64,000 nucleotides of DNA from Candidatus Multivorans sp. (GCA_965247095.1 OZ251997.1:1088001-1152000), one strand, 5' to 3'; shown: positions 39,585 to 49,577, counted from the stretch's first letter. Translations and numbers: made by a program. The notes: generated by a model not told the origin, from the sequence alone.

Positions 39585-39852
39585 CCGCAGCCCTTGAAGG
39601 GTCCCCTGCGGGGACTCCAATGACCCTGCGCCCCAAAAGGGCGTGTGGGTTCGACTCCCACCTCCGGCACCAGCACGGCCTCTCACGGGTCCCCTGCGGG
39701 GACTCCAGTAACCCCTGCGCCCTGAAACGGGCGTGTGGGTTCGACTCCCACCTCCGGCACCAGCGCGGCCTCTCACGGGTCCCCTGCGGGGACTCCAGTA
39801 ACCCCTGCGCCCTGAAATGGGCGTGTGGGTTCGACTCCCACCTCCGGCACCA
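39585..39852 (+). repeat. tRNA-linked tandem repeat: three 88-90 bp units, each ending in the 3' half of tRNA-Leu(CAA)
   Basis: GGGCGTGTGGGTTCGACTCCCACCTCCGGCACCA ends at 39584 (tRNA), 39672, 39762 and 39852. Confidence 0.95.
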
Positions 39853-39872
39853 GCACCGCTCTGCGGTGTGCG

Positions 39873-41591
39873 TCAGATGTCAGCTTCAGCGTCGTCGACG
39901 AGTTCGATGCCCTTCTGGTCCAGGAGCATGCCGATCGCCTTGAAGTAGGCCAGCAAGGCCCGCCGGTAGCCCGTGACCGCCTCGACTTCACGGCTTCGCG
40001 CCGCGGTCAGATCCTCCTGGATTTCGAGCACCTGGAAGCTCGTCCAGAGTCCGTTCTGGTAGCGCTTCTGGGCTGCATCGAGGTTCTTCTCGGCCAGTTG
40101 TCGCGACACCCGGGCGGAGTCGATCTGCTTGCCCGCGGTCTCCACCGCGCGGGAGGCGGTACGGACCTCGGTCTGGATCGAGAGCATCACGTCCCGGAGT
40201 TCGAGGCGTCCCTGATCCAACGCCAGTTCGGCGATCCGGCTCTGGGCCCTGGCCGACCGGTTCTGAAGCGGCTTCGACAGGTTCAGGCCGACGTTCCAAC
40301 CCTCGAAGACCTGGCCCAGGATCCCGTTGTAGAACTGGTCGAGAGTCGAGAGGTAGTCGAGCGAGTCGGTCCGAAGGTACTCCTCGGGGCACGGCGAGAA
40401 CAAGTCGGCGATGCTCGGCGTACCGGGCCGCTCGCACGTCATGCGCTTGCCGCCGAGCGCGTTGCGCCCGTAGCTCACGCTCAGGTTGAGGTCGGGCCGC
40501 CCCTGGTTCTTCAAGAACTCCGAGTCGATCCCCAGGGACGCGATCCGAAGCTCCTGCCGGTCGACCTCGGCCCGCCGATCAAACGCCCAGTTCAGCGAGG
40601 CCTCCAGGTCGATGACGACGCGGGCAATCTCCGGTGAGGTTGTCGGCGTGATCTCCAGATCCCAGAATGACGCCTCGTTCAGATTGAGCAACCGCCTGAG
40701 CTCGTCCGCCGCGTCCTGGATCTGCGCCTGCACCCGGATGATCTCCTCCTCCCGGGTGGCGATACCGGCCTCGCTCTGCACGAGTTCGAGCGGCGCCAGC
40801 GTACCCACCTCGATCTGGATCCGGTTCATCTCGTGGAGTTCCTCGGCCAGGGCGAGACTCTCCTCGGCAACCTTGAATTGCTCCAGGGCTTCCACCAGAG
40901 CCCAGTAGCCGTTTGCGACCGTCTGCACCGTGTCGACGACCTGGACCTCCAGGTCCTCCAGGCTGATGTCGCTGTTGAGCCGCGCCACCGCGAGATTGCG
41001 CTCCGTGGTCTTCTTGCCGCGGTTCCTGAGCAAGGGCTGGTTGAAGGCGACCGTCAGGCTGGACCGCAAGCTCGGGTTGATGTCGGAGAAGCGGGAGTTC
41101 GACTCGGAACGGTTGTTCTGGAAATTGATCGTGAACTCGCCGCCCGACGAGATCGGCTGCCGCAGCTCGACGTTCGTGGTGATCGTCTCGTTCTGCGTCA
41201 CCAGGGCGCCGTCGAGTTGAGAGGCCGACGGCCGGCTGTCGCTGTTCACACTGCTGTCCACGCCAAGCACAAGATCGTAGATGCCGTACTCCTGGTTGAT
41301 CCGGAACAGCGACTGCGACCGCTGGTAGCGCTGCACCAGCAGAGCGAGATTGTTCTGCAGGGCAATCGCGATCGCTTCGTCGAGGTCCAGGCGAAGCTGT
41401 CCGTCCGCGATGTCCAACTCGGGCACGACCGGTGCGGTGATCCAGGTCGAGCCCACCTGCACCTGCGCTCCCGCCGGCGCTGTCGACGCCACAGGCAGAA
41501 TGAGAACGGCACAGAGCGCGGTGATCATCACCGCGGGCGGCAGCAGCCCACCACGGGCTGCTAGGACTCGCTGTACTGGAAACAGGTTCAT
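39873..41591 (-). CDS. TolC-family outer membrane efflux protein
   Basis: LDLDEAIAIALQNN, QPLLR, two OEP halves, RPDLNL, YQNGLWTSFQVLEIQ. Confidence 0.9.
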   Translation of the reverse strand: MNLFPVQRVLAARGGLLPPAVMITALCAVLILPVASTAPAGAQVQVGSTWITAPVVPELDIADGQLRLDLDEAIAIALQNNLALLVQRYQRSQSLFRINQEYGIYDLVLGVDSSVNSDSRPSASQLDGALVTQNETITTNVELRQPISSGGEFTINFQNNRSESNSRFSDINPSLRSSLTVAFNQPLLRNRGKKTTERNLAVARLNSDISLEDLEVQVVDTVQTVANGYWALVEALEQFKVAEESLALAEELHEMNRIQIEVGTLAPLELVQSEAGIATREEEIIRVQAQIQDAADELRRLLNLNEASFWDLEITPTTSPEIARVVIDLEASLNWAFDRRAEVDRQELRIASLGIDSEFLKNQGRPDLNLSVSYGRNALGGKRMTCERPGTPSIADLFSPCPEEYLRTDSLDYLSTLDQFYNGILGQVFEGWNVGLNLSKPLQNRSARAQSRIAELALDQGRLELRDVMLSIQTEVRTASRAVETAGKQIDSARVSRQLAEKNLDAAQKRYQNGLWTSFQVLEIQEDLTAARSREVEAVTGYRRALLAYFKAIGMLLDQKGIELVDDAEADI

Positions 41592-41870
41592 CGGGCTGCG
41601 TTCCTTCCTTCGACCGCGTCCCGGCCGGAACGGCCACCGCGCATCGTGTCTCCCTCTTTGACGCGAGAGGCGCGAGGTTGTTTCACCAACCCTATGCCCC
41701 GAACTCCCCAGGCGTCGCCTGTCCGAGCCGCACGACCCCCAACCCGCGGGTCGGGACCGGCCACACCCTATCCCGTGACGCGCCGCTCATTCAGCAGATC
41801 GTAGGCCCCTCCAGGACCAGGAATCAGGGTCCGAACGGGTGGCGAACCGCCATGGTACATTCCCGCCGCC

Positions 41871-42746
41871 ATGAACCTTCTCGAGGGTCTTCCGGCACCC
41901 CGCCGCGGCAAGGTCCGCGACATTTACGACCTGGACGATCGGCTGCTCCTGGTGGCCAGCGACCGCGTGTCCGCCTACGACTTCGTGCTCTCGCCGGAGA
42001 TTCCGGACAAGGGCAAGATCCTGAACCAGTTGACCAACTTCTGGTTCGATCGGCTGGGAGACACGATTCAAGGTCACCTGCTCGAGACCGACGTGCGGCG
42101 CTACCCGGCCGACCTGGAGCGGCACGCCGATTACCTGGAAGGGCGTTCCGTGCTTGTGCGCAAGGCGGAGGTGGTCCCCTACGAGTGCGTGGCGCGCGGC
42201 TACCTGGCCGGCAGCGCCTTCAAGGAGTACCAGGAGACCGGCCGGGCCTGCGGTCACGACCTGCCGGCGGGCATGCGGCGGGCGGAGAAACTGGACCAGC
42301 CTGTCTTCACGCCGGCCACGAAGGCCGAAGAGGGCCACGACGAGAACATCGACTACGACACTCTCGTCCAGGGTGTGGGACCTGAGATGGCGGCGACGCT
42401 GCGCCGGATCACGCTCGAACTCTTCACGCGGGGCCGCGAACATGCGGCGCAGCGGGGCCTGATCCTGGCGGACACGAAGTTCGAGTTCGGGCTGGTCGAC
42501 GGCCAACTGCTGCTGATCGACGAGGTTCTCACCCCGGACTCGTCGCGCTACTGGGACGCCGCGGCGTGGAGTCCGGGCACCGAGCCGGTGTCGTTCGACA
42601 AACAGCCGGTCCGCGACTGGGTGGCCGGCACCGGCTGGGACAAGGCCTCTCCGCCGCCGGAACTGACGCCAGAGGTCGTGAACGAGACCCGGGAGCGCTA
42701 CCTCGACGCGTTCCGGCGCGTCACCGGGCGCGATCCGGTCCTATAG
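41871..42746 (+). CDS. purC: SAICAR synthetase
   Basis: GKVRDIY, SDRVSAYD, ECVARGYL, ADTKFEFG, DEVLTPDSSRYW, SFDKQ. Confidence 0.97.
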   Translation: MNLLEGLPAPRRGKVRDIYDLDDRLLLVASDRVSAYDFVLSPEIPDKGKILNQLTNFWFDRLGDTIQGHLLETDVRRYPADLERHADYLEGRSVLVRKAEVVPYECVARGYLAGSAFKEYQETGRACGHDLPAGMRRAEKLDQPVFTPATKAEEGHDENIDYDTLVQGVGPEMAATLRRITLELFTRGREHAAQRGLILADTKFEFGLVDGQLLLIDEVLTPDSSRYWDAAAWSPGTEPVSFDKQPVRDWVAGTGWDKASPPPELTPEVVNETRERYLDAFRRVTGRDPVL

Positions 42747-43878
42747 GCCCGACGACCAGCCGTGGCAGCCGGCTTCTGAAGCCGCACCAGACTTCGTAGG
42801 CCGCGACGCCGGCGCGAGCGGCAAGCTCGGCGACACCGATTCGCTCGTCCTCCTGCGCGCCGAGCAGAACGCACTCGTCCCCTACCGCCACGCCGGGAAC
42901 TCCGGTGACATCGACGGTCAGCGAGTCCATGCTGATCCGGCCGGCTATCGGGCAGCGGGCGCCTCGCACCAGAACGTCGCCGGGGCCGAAGCCGGTGCTG
43001 AACCCGTCCCCGTACCCGACCGGCACCAGCGCGATCGTCGCCTCACGCGCCGCCTTCCAGGTGCGCCGGTAGCCCACGCCGGTTCCGGCCGGCACTTCCC
43101 GGAGATCGAGAATGGGCGCCTTCACGCTCATCACCGGGCGCAACCCGGACGCCGGTGAGGGATCGGCCAGCGCCGCCAGATCGAGCCCGTAGAGCGCCCC
43201 GCCCACGCGCACCGCATTCCAGCGGGCGGAGACCCGTCTGAGCGCGCCCGACGAGTTCGAGAGATGAACGGAGACCCTCCGGCGCTCCCCCGGGTCGAGC
43301 GCCGCCACAGCGGCGGCAAACCGTTGTTCCTGTTCGCCCGTGAAGCGGCTTCCCGGCAGTTCGGATTCCGCCAGGTGGGACATCAGGCCCGTGAGCTTCA
43401 GTTCGGACCTGGCCCGAAGGTCGTGGAGTATCGACGGCCACTGGTCGAGCGGCACACCGTAACGGCTCATGCCGGTGTCCAACTCGACCACGACACCGAG
43501 GGGGATTCCGCCATCGGACGACCGCCGTCGCCAGACCGACCAGTCGGCGACCTGCTCTCGCCTGGTGAGCACCGGCGTCGCGTCCCAATGGACGGCGCAC
43601 CCGAGTTCCTCGATCGAGGCCGGCCCGCCCAACAGCAGCAGCGTGCTCCGGACGCCGGCCCGCCGCAGTTCCTCCACCTCGCCAACGCGCGCCACCGCCA
43701 TCCCGTCGACGCCCAGCCGCTCCAGTTCGAGGGCCACCGCCACGGCGCCGTGGCCGTAGGCGTCCGCCTTGACGACTCCGAATACTCCTGCCTCACCGAC
43801 GGCCTGTCGAACCACACCCAGGTTGGCAGCCAGCGCGCCGAGGTCGATCTCGACCTGGGCGCTGGCACCGCGGGTCAG
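42721..43878 (-). CDS. alr: Alanine racemase
   Basis: VEIDLGALAAN, PLP lysine VVKADAYGHG, DTGMSR, HLSNS, GVGY, GYGDG, GRISMD; probable CTG start overlapping the dnaB stop. Confidence 0.92.
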   Translation of the reverse strand: MTRGASAQVEIDLGALAANLGVVRQAVGEAGVFGVVKADAYGHGAVAVALELERLGVDGMAVARVGEVEELRRAGVRSTLLLLGGPASIEELGCAVHWDATPVLTRREQVADWSVWRRRSSDGGIPLGVVVELDTGMSRYGVPLDQWPSILHDLRARSELKLTGLMSHLAESELPGSRFTGEQEQRFAAAVAALDPGERRRVSVHLSNSSGALRRVSARWNAVRVGGALYGLDLAALADPSPASGLRPVMSVKAPILDLREVPAGTGVGYRRTWKAAREATIALVPVGYGDGFSTGFGPGDVLVRGARCPIAGRISMDSLTVDVTGVPGVAVGDECVLLGAQEDERIGVAELAARAGVAAYEVWCGFRSRLPRLVVGPIGPDRAR

Positions 43879-45236
43879 CTCGGTCCCTCAGGCGGCGTGT
43901 GGCGGCCGTCGTGGTTTCGGAACGTGGTCGTGTCGCCGATGAAGACGAGATTCACGCTCCCCGTTTCACCGTTGCGGTGCTTGGCGATGATCAACTGGGC
44001 CATGCCTTCCACATCCGGGTCGTCGGGTTCATACACCTCCTCCCGGTAGACGAACATGACGACATCGGCGTCCTGTTCGATGTTGCCCGACTCCCGGAGA
44101 TCCGCGAGTTGGGGACGGTGGTCCTTGCCCCGGCGCTCCGGCAGCCGCGAGAGCTGGGACAGGGCCACGACCGGCACGTCGAGCTCCTTGGCCAGTTGCT
44201 TCAGGCCGCGCGTGATCGCTCCGATCTCCAGGTTGCGGTTCTCGTACCTGCCCCCCGCGTTCATCAACTGGAGGTAGTCCACGACCAGGAGCGCGAGGCC
44301 GTGCTGCGCCTTCAGCCGGCGCGCCTTCGAGGCGACCTCGAGTAGCGATGGATTGGCGGAGTCGTCGATGAAGAGACTCGAGTCTCGACCGCTTGCCACC
44401 GCCTGGTGCACGCGGCTCCAGTCACGCGTCGAGAGCCGACCGCCGCGCAGCCGGTGGAAGGGGATGTCGGTCGTCGAGCACAACACCCGCATGGCGATTT
44501 CCCGCTCGCTCATCTCAAGCGAGAAGAAGCCCGCCGTCTTCTTTTCTTCATGCGTGACGTGGGTCGCAATGTTCAGGGCCAGGCTCGTCTTGCCCATCCC
44601 CGGCCGGCCGGCAACGATGACCAGGTTGCCCGGCTGGAGACCGTGCGTCATGCGATCGAAGTCGACAAAGCCGGTGCGCAGGCCGGGGAAGTCGTTCGCC
44701 GTTTGCTGTTCGAGCTGCTTGATTGTCTCGCGGTAAACCTGGTCGAGAGGCACGAAGGTTCGCGCCACCGCCTCCTCACTCAGCTCCATCACGGCCTGCT
44801 CCGCGCGGTCCAGGGCGTCTCTCGCCTCGAGACCGCCGTCGAGCGCCGTCCTGTAGATCGTCGTGCAGGCGTCGATCAGGCGCCTGCGCAGGGCCCGTTC
44901 CTTGATGATCTCGACGTAGGAGTCGACCCGGCCGAGGTCGGGCAGATCCACCTCCAGCGTGGCCAGATACGCCACCCCGCCGGCGGCGTCGAGCTGGCCT
45001 CGTTGCTCCAGCCGCGCCTGTACCGTCCGGAGGTCGATCGGACTGTCCGCCTCCTGGAGCGCGAGCATCGCCTCGTACAGCAGCCGATGCCTCTCGAAGT
45101 AGTAGTCCTCCGGCTTCAGGCGGGTCGAGGTAGCCGCCAGGTGCCGGTCGGCGTCGAGCAGAATCGCGGCCAGCACCGCGCGCTCAGACTCCTCGCTGTG
45201 CGGCAGACTGTGTGTTTCCTCGACCGGGGCGCGCAC
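43875..45236 (-). CDS. dnaB: Replicative DNA helicase
   Basis: PHSEESE, GRPGMGKT, FSLEM, DYLQLM, LSQLSR, DLRESGNIEQDAD, KHRNG; no intein. Confidence 0.97.
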   Translation of the reverse strand: MRAPVEETHSLPHSEESERAVLAAILLDADRHLAATSTRLKPEDYYFERHRLLYEAMLALQEADSPIDLRTVQARLEQRGQLDAAGGVAYLATLEVDLPDLGRVDSYVEIIKERALRRRLIDACTTIYRTALDGGLEARDALDRAEQAVMELSEEAVARTFVPLDQVYRETIKQLEQQTANDFPGLRTGFVDFDRMTHGLQPGNLVIVAGRPGMGKTSLALNIATHVTHEEKKTAGFFSLEMSEREIAMRVLCSTTDIPFHRLRGGRLSTRDWSRVHQAVASGRDSSLFIDDSANPSLLEVASKARRLKAQHGLALLVVDYLQLMNAGGRYENRNLEIGAITRGLKQLAKELDVPVVALSQLSRLPERRGKDHRPQLADLRESGNIEQDADVVMFVYREEVYEPDDPDVEGMAQLIIAKHRNGETGSVNLVFIGDTTTFRNHDGRHTPPEGPS

Positions 45237-45366
45237 GATGCCTCTAGCCTAGCGTCGTCAGGCGCCGCCGCGCGCCCGGTCGCGCCTGCGAATTTTCGGC
45301 AAGCCGTGCGAAGATGGGCAGGCGCCGGCGGTTGGGTCGAGAGCCGGTGGCACTGCCCCTGAACCC

Positions 45367-46512
45367 ATGTTGGCAAGACACTCGCAGCACCCGTTGCGCG
45401 GTTGGTTGGCGTCAGGGGTGGTCTGCGCGGTCTTCTTTGCCTGGGTTCTCGCCATCACTCCCGTCTCAGGCCAGGAAGTGGACCGCGAACCCGACCCCCG
45501 GCAGGCGCCCCGCTCAACGGACGAATCCGGGACCGACGGCGACGGCGACGAGGTCGCGGGCGAGGAGGTCGACCCGTGCGCGTCCGAGTACCTGGAGGGT
45601 CGATCCTGGCTCGACTGGCTCAACCTGCGCCTCCACCGGACGGCCTGCGAGACGGCCCTGTGGTTCGACCACCTGTTCGGCGACTACCGGCTGGACGAGG
45701 AACTCGAAGCGACGCACGGCCGGGCCCAGGTGGGCGTGATCTGGGACGAGCAGTACGGCTTCGAGGACGACCTGCGGTTCCGCGCCCGCTTGCACTTCCC
45801 GAGAATGGAGCGGCGTCTCAACGCCTTCGTCGGCCGCGATGACCGGGAGGACGTACTGGAGGACGCCCAGCGCCGCGGCGCCACGTCCCTGCCGGGCATG
45901 TTCGATCCCGCCGACGACGAGTGGCTGGTGGGACTGGGCTACCGGCCGATCTCGGGCCCCGGCGGGGACCTCGACTTCGATGTCGGCATGAACTTCAAGT
46001 TTCCGATCGAGCCCTTTGCCCGCGCCCGCTACAAGCACCGGACCTTCCTCTCGGACACGGACCTCGTGCGATTCCGCCACGCCCTGTTCTGGGAGCGGGA
46101 GGACGACTGGGGCCTGTCGACCCGGATCGACTACGAGCACGCCTTCGCCGGCGGTTCGATGATGCGCTGGCGCGGCGCCGGGAAGATCTCCGGCATCACG
46201 CAGGGTGCCGACTGGTTCACCGAGTTGAGTTACTACCGCCGTCTGGGCCGTCGCCGCGCCCTGGCCCACCAGATCGGCGCCAACGGCGAGACCGACGCAC
46301 CGATTCTGGTCGAGAACTACTTCGTGCGCGTGATCTATCGCCAGCAGATCCTCCGCGAGTGGCTCTTCCTCGAGATCGGTCCCGGCATGGCCTGGCGGCG
46401 AGACGTGCGGGGCGAACCGAGGGATTCAGTTCCGATCCTGCGCTTCGGCGTCGAGATGCTGTTCGGCGACTACCGCGGCCAGGGTACTGCCGCACCGGTG
46501 CCGGGCAGATAA
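45367..46512 (+). CDS. Hypothetical exported protein, probable outer-membrane beta-barrel
   Basis: Signal peptide, acidic linker, alternating aromatic beta strands, EMLFG near the C-terminus. Confidence 0.65.
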   Translation: MLARHSQHPLRGWLASGVVCAVFFAWVLAITPVSGQEVDREPDPRQAPRSTDESGTDGDGDEVAGEEVDPCASEYLEGRSWLDWLNLRLHRTACETALWFDHLFGDYRLDEELEATHGRAQVGVIWDEQYGFEDDLRFRARLHFPRMERRLNAFVGRDDREDVLEDAQRRGATSLPGMFDPADDEWLVGLGYRPISGPGGDLDFDVGMNFKFPIEPFARARYKHRTFLSDTDLVRFRHALFWEREDDWGLSTRIDYEHAFAGGSMMRWRGAGKISGITQGADWFTELSYYRRLGRRRALAHQIGANGETDAPILVENYFVRVIYRQQILREWLFLEIGPGMAWRRDVRGEPRDSVPILRFGVEMLFGDYRGQGTAAPVPGR

Positions 46513-46553
46513 GGTCACGGGCTCGGAAACACGACCAGAAAGCGAGGAAACAG

Positions 46554-47336
46554 ATGAGCGGTAGCGCCGCCGGGAACGGCGAAGTGACGGTTGTGGTCGG
46601 CGACGATCTGGTCGCGGAGGTCCAAGTCCACCGGCCGCCGAACAACTTTTTCGACCAGGACCTGATTGCCGCACTTGCGGCAGCGATCGAGGAACTCGAC
46701 GAACGGAGCGACTGCCGTGCCGTGGTGCTCTGTTCCGAGGGCAAGCACTTCTGTGCGGGCGCAAACTTGAACTCTTCGCGTCCGGCAACCGGAACCCCGC
46801 AGCGCCACCTGTACGACGAAGCCTTGCGCCTGTTCGAGACCCGGACCCCGGTCGTCGCCGCCATCCAGGGCGCGGCCATCGGCGGCGGTCTCGGGCTGGC
46901 CCTGATGCCGGACTTCCGCGTCGCCTGCGCCGAAGCCCGGTTCGCCGCGAACTTCGCCCGCCTGGGCTTCATCCAGGGCTTCGGGCTGACCGTGACCCTC
47001 CCGCGTCTGGTCGGCCGCCAGCGGGCGATGGAAATGCTCTACACCGGTCGCCGGGTCAGGGGCGAAGAGGCGTTTCGGATCGGCCTCTGCGACGAACTCG
47101 TTCCCCGCGACGAAGTGCGGGCACGGGCGCGGGCACTCGCAGCAGAGATCGCCGCCTCGGCGCCTCTCGCCGTGCGCTCGATCCGCGAGACCCTCCGCGG
47201 CCGGCTCCCCGCCGAGATCCGAGCGGCCACCGACCACGAGAAGGTCGAGCAGGACCGGCTGCGGCAGACCGCGGACTTCGCCGAGGGTGTGCGGGCGATG
47301 ACGGAGCGCCGCCTGCCGCGGTTCACCGGCTCCTGA
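46554..47336 (+). CDS. Enoyl-CoA hydratase/isomerase family protein
   Basis: HFCAGANL, AAIQGAAIGGGLGLAL, DFAEGVRAM. Confidence 0.9.
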   Translation: MSGSAAGNGEVTVVVGDDLVAEVQVHRPPNNFFDQDLIAALAAAIEELDERSDCRAVVLCSEGKHFCAGANLNSSRPATGTPQRHLYDEALRLFETRTPVVAAIQGAAIGGGLGLALMPDFRVACAEARFAANFARLGFIQGFGLTVTLPRLVGRQRAMEMLYTGRRVRGEEAFRIGLCDELVPRDEVRARARALAAEIAASAPLAVRSIRETLRGRLPAEIRAATDHEKVEQDRLRQTADFAEGVRAMTERRLPRFTGS

Positions 47337-47406
47337 TCCCCCCAGGATCGCCGGCCCCGCTCCGCCATTCCGCCGGCGGGCGCCGGAAGTTCATCGACGC
47401 CGTTGC

Positions 47407-49335
47407 TCAGGCGCCGGCCGCCGTGGCAACCAGGAACGTGGCCCAGGCCCCCAGCCAGCCCAGGCCGGTCATGTAGACGAAGGTGAAGGCCGGCCACCGC
47501 CACTTCCCCGTCTCGCGACGGATCACAGCCAGGGTCGACATGCACTGCATGGCGAACGCGAAGTAGACGAGCAGCGCAAGAGCCGACGCACGGGACAGCA
47601 CCGGCGCTCCCCCGCGCTCGCCGCCGCCGGCCAGGACGCCGCCGAGCCCCTCGCCGTCCTCGCCTTCGTGGGCGTAGATCTGCGCCAACGTGGCGACCAT
47701 GACCTCGCGGGCGGCCTGAGACGCGACCAGACCGACGTTGATGCGCCAGTCGAAGTCCATGGGGGCGAACACCGGCTCCAGGAATCTGCCCACGGAGGCC
47801 GCGTAGCTGCCCTCGAGGATCGCCTGCTGGTTGGCCACGGCGCTGAGCTGGGAGTCGACGTCGCGCCGCGGCAGGTTGAGCAGGAACCAGAGCACGATAC
47901 TGACGCTGAGGATGATCGTGCCCGCGCGGCGCAGGAACATGCGCGCGCGGTCCCAGACGCCCAGCGCGATGTCGTTCAGCCGCGGCAGGCGGAACGGCGG
48001 CAACTCCAGGTAGAACGGCACCGACGCGCCCCGTCTCAAACCGCGCTCGAGCACCGCGGCCGAAAGGAGCGCCGCTGCCGTTCCCAGGAGGTAGAGGCCG
48101 CCCAGGGTCAGGCCCTGCCAGGTGAACGGTCCGAACACCGGATCGGCGGGAATGAAAGCCGCGATCAGCAGCGTGTACACCGGTAGCCGAGCCGAGCAGG
48201 TGGCGAACGGCGCCACCAGGATCGTGGTCAGCCGATCCCGTTCCGAGGGGATCGTCCGGGTCGCCATGATGCCGGGAACGGCACAGGCGTACGAGGAAAG
48301 CAGGGCCAGGAAACAGCGCCCCTCGAGACCCACCCAACCCATCAACCGGTCCACGACGAAGGCTGCCCGCGCCATGTATCCGCAACCTTCAAGAAACAGG
48401 ATGACGGTGAACAGCAGGACGATCTGGGGCAGGAAGACGATCACCGCCCCGACACCCCGAATCACGCCGTCCGCGAGCAGTCGCGTCAACAACGTGTCCG
48501 GCAGAGCGGTGAGCAACCGGGCGGCGAGGCCGTCCATCAGCCCCGACACCAGGTCCATCGCGGGCGTGGCCCAGGTGAAGATCGCCTGGAAGAAGAGGGC
48601 GACGAAGGTGAGAAAAACCGCCGGCCCGAGCACCGGATGGAGCAGAAACCGGTCCAGTCTCCGGGTCCAGCGATCCGGTCGCGGAGTCTCTCGGCGGCAT
48701 CGCTCCAGCACCCCGTACGTCCAATCGAACCTCTCCTCCGGCGTGTCCGTCGCTGCGGCCTCCCGCAGTGCCGGCGACGGGGTCCAGTCCCCGGAGGAGG
48801 CCAGCAGGGCGCCGAGGTCGTCGATGCCGAGGCCGCGGTTGCCGACCACCCCGAGCACCGGAACGCCGAGTTCGGCCTCGAGGGCGGTGAGGTCGATCTC
48901 GCCATGCCGCGCCTTCAGTTCGTCGATCATGGTCAGAGCGACACAGAGCGGCAGGCCCAGGCTCGCGGCCTCCGCCACGAGGGGCAGGGCGCGTTCAATC
49001 GTCGTCGCATCCAGGACGACCAGCATGCCGTCGGGCGGCGGCTCGCCGAACTCGCCGCGCAGCACCCGCACCGCTACCGCTTCGTCCTCCGATTGCGGTT
49101 CCAGGCTGTACACGCCCGGAAGGTCGATCAGGCGAATGGACTCTTCCGTGAACCGGCCCTGCAGCCCGCCTTCGCGCCGGTCGACCGTAACCCCCGGGTA
49201 GTTCCCCGCCTTCGCCCGGTGCCCGGTGAGGGCGTTGAATAGCGTCGTCTTGCCCGAGTTCGGTGCTCCGAGGATGGCGATACGAGCGAGCCGCTGGGGG
49301 GCGTGCGCCGGCCCCAGCCGGACCAGCGCCGTCAT
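47407..49335 (-). CDS. feoB: Ferrous iron transporter B
   Basis: GAPNSGKT, NYPGVTVD, DLPGVYSL, GYMARAAF, CSARLPVY, AAREV, QCMST. Confidence 0.95.
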   Translation of the reverse strand: MTALVRLGPAHAPQRLARIAILGAPNSGKTTLFNALTGHRAKAGNYPGVTVDRREGGLQGRFTEESIRLIDLPGVYSLEPQSEDEAVAVRVLRGEFGEPPPDGMLVVLDATTIERALPLVAEAASLGLPLCVALTMIDELKARHGEIDLTALEAELGVPVLGVVGNRGLGIDDLGALLASSGDWTPSPALREAAATDTPEERFDWTYGVLERCRRETPRPDRWTRRLDRFLLHPVLGPAVFLTFVALFFQAIFTWATPAMDLVSGLMDGLAARLLTALPDTLLTRLLADGVIRGVGAVIVFLPQIVLLFTVILFLEGCGYMARAAFVVDRLMGWVGLEGRCFLALLSSYACAVPGIMATRTIPSERDRLTTILVAPFATCSARLPVYTLLIAAFIPADPVFGPFTWQGLTLGGLYLLGTAAALLSAAVLERGLRRGASVPFYLELPPFRLPRLNDIALGVWDRARMFLRRAGTIILSVSIVLWFLLNLPRRDVDSQLSAVANQQAILEGSYAASVGRFLEPVFAPMDFDWRINVGLVASQAAREVMVATLAQIYAHEGEDGEGLGGVLAGGGERGGAPVLSRASALALLVYFAFAMQCMSTLAVIRRETGKWRWPAFTFVYMTGLGWLGAWATFLVATAAGA

Positions 49336-49577
49336 GAGCTGCCCGGCCGGACGCGAATCCGACTCGCCTCGCTGCGGCGCAGGCTGAGGATGGCGCCGTG
49401 GAGTTCATACATCGCCGGATCGCCCAGCGGCGCACGGCGAACGAACCGCACCGCACTGCCCCGGCAGAAACCGATCTCCCGCAGGCGCCAACTGACCGGG
49501 CCGTCCCCCGTCACCCCCGCGATCTCGACCAGCCGGTCGTCGCCAGAATCCGCCAACTCGGCCAGTGTCCGGTCCAT
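49332..49577 (-). CDS. feoA: Ferrous iron transport protein A
   Basis: RLREIGF, RAPLGDP, LSLRRSEA; overlaps the feoB start. Confidence 0.92.
   Translation of the reverse strand: MDRTLAELADSGDDRLVEIAGVTGDGPVSWRLREIGFCRGSAVRFVRRAPLGDPAMYELHGAILSLRRSEASRIRVRPGSS

Noticed and set aside
39585-39852. CRISPR array (regular repeats with palindromes)
   Set aside because: The constant part is a tRNA 3' end, the spacers are near-identical rather than unique, and no cas genes are present
39585-39852. Three additional tRNA genes
   Set aside because: The units lack the 5' acceptor strand GCCGGAG, the D-arm and a 7-nt anticodon loop
41679-41694. parS-like TGTTTCAC
   Set aside because: Only a half site; the palindromic second arm is missing
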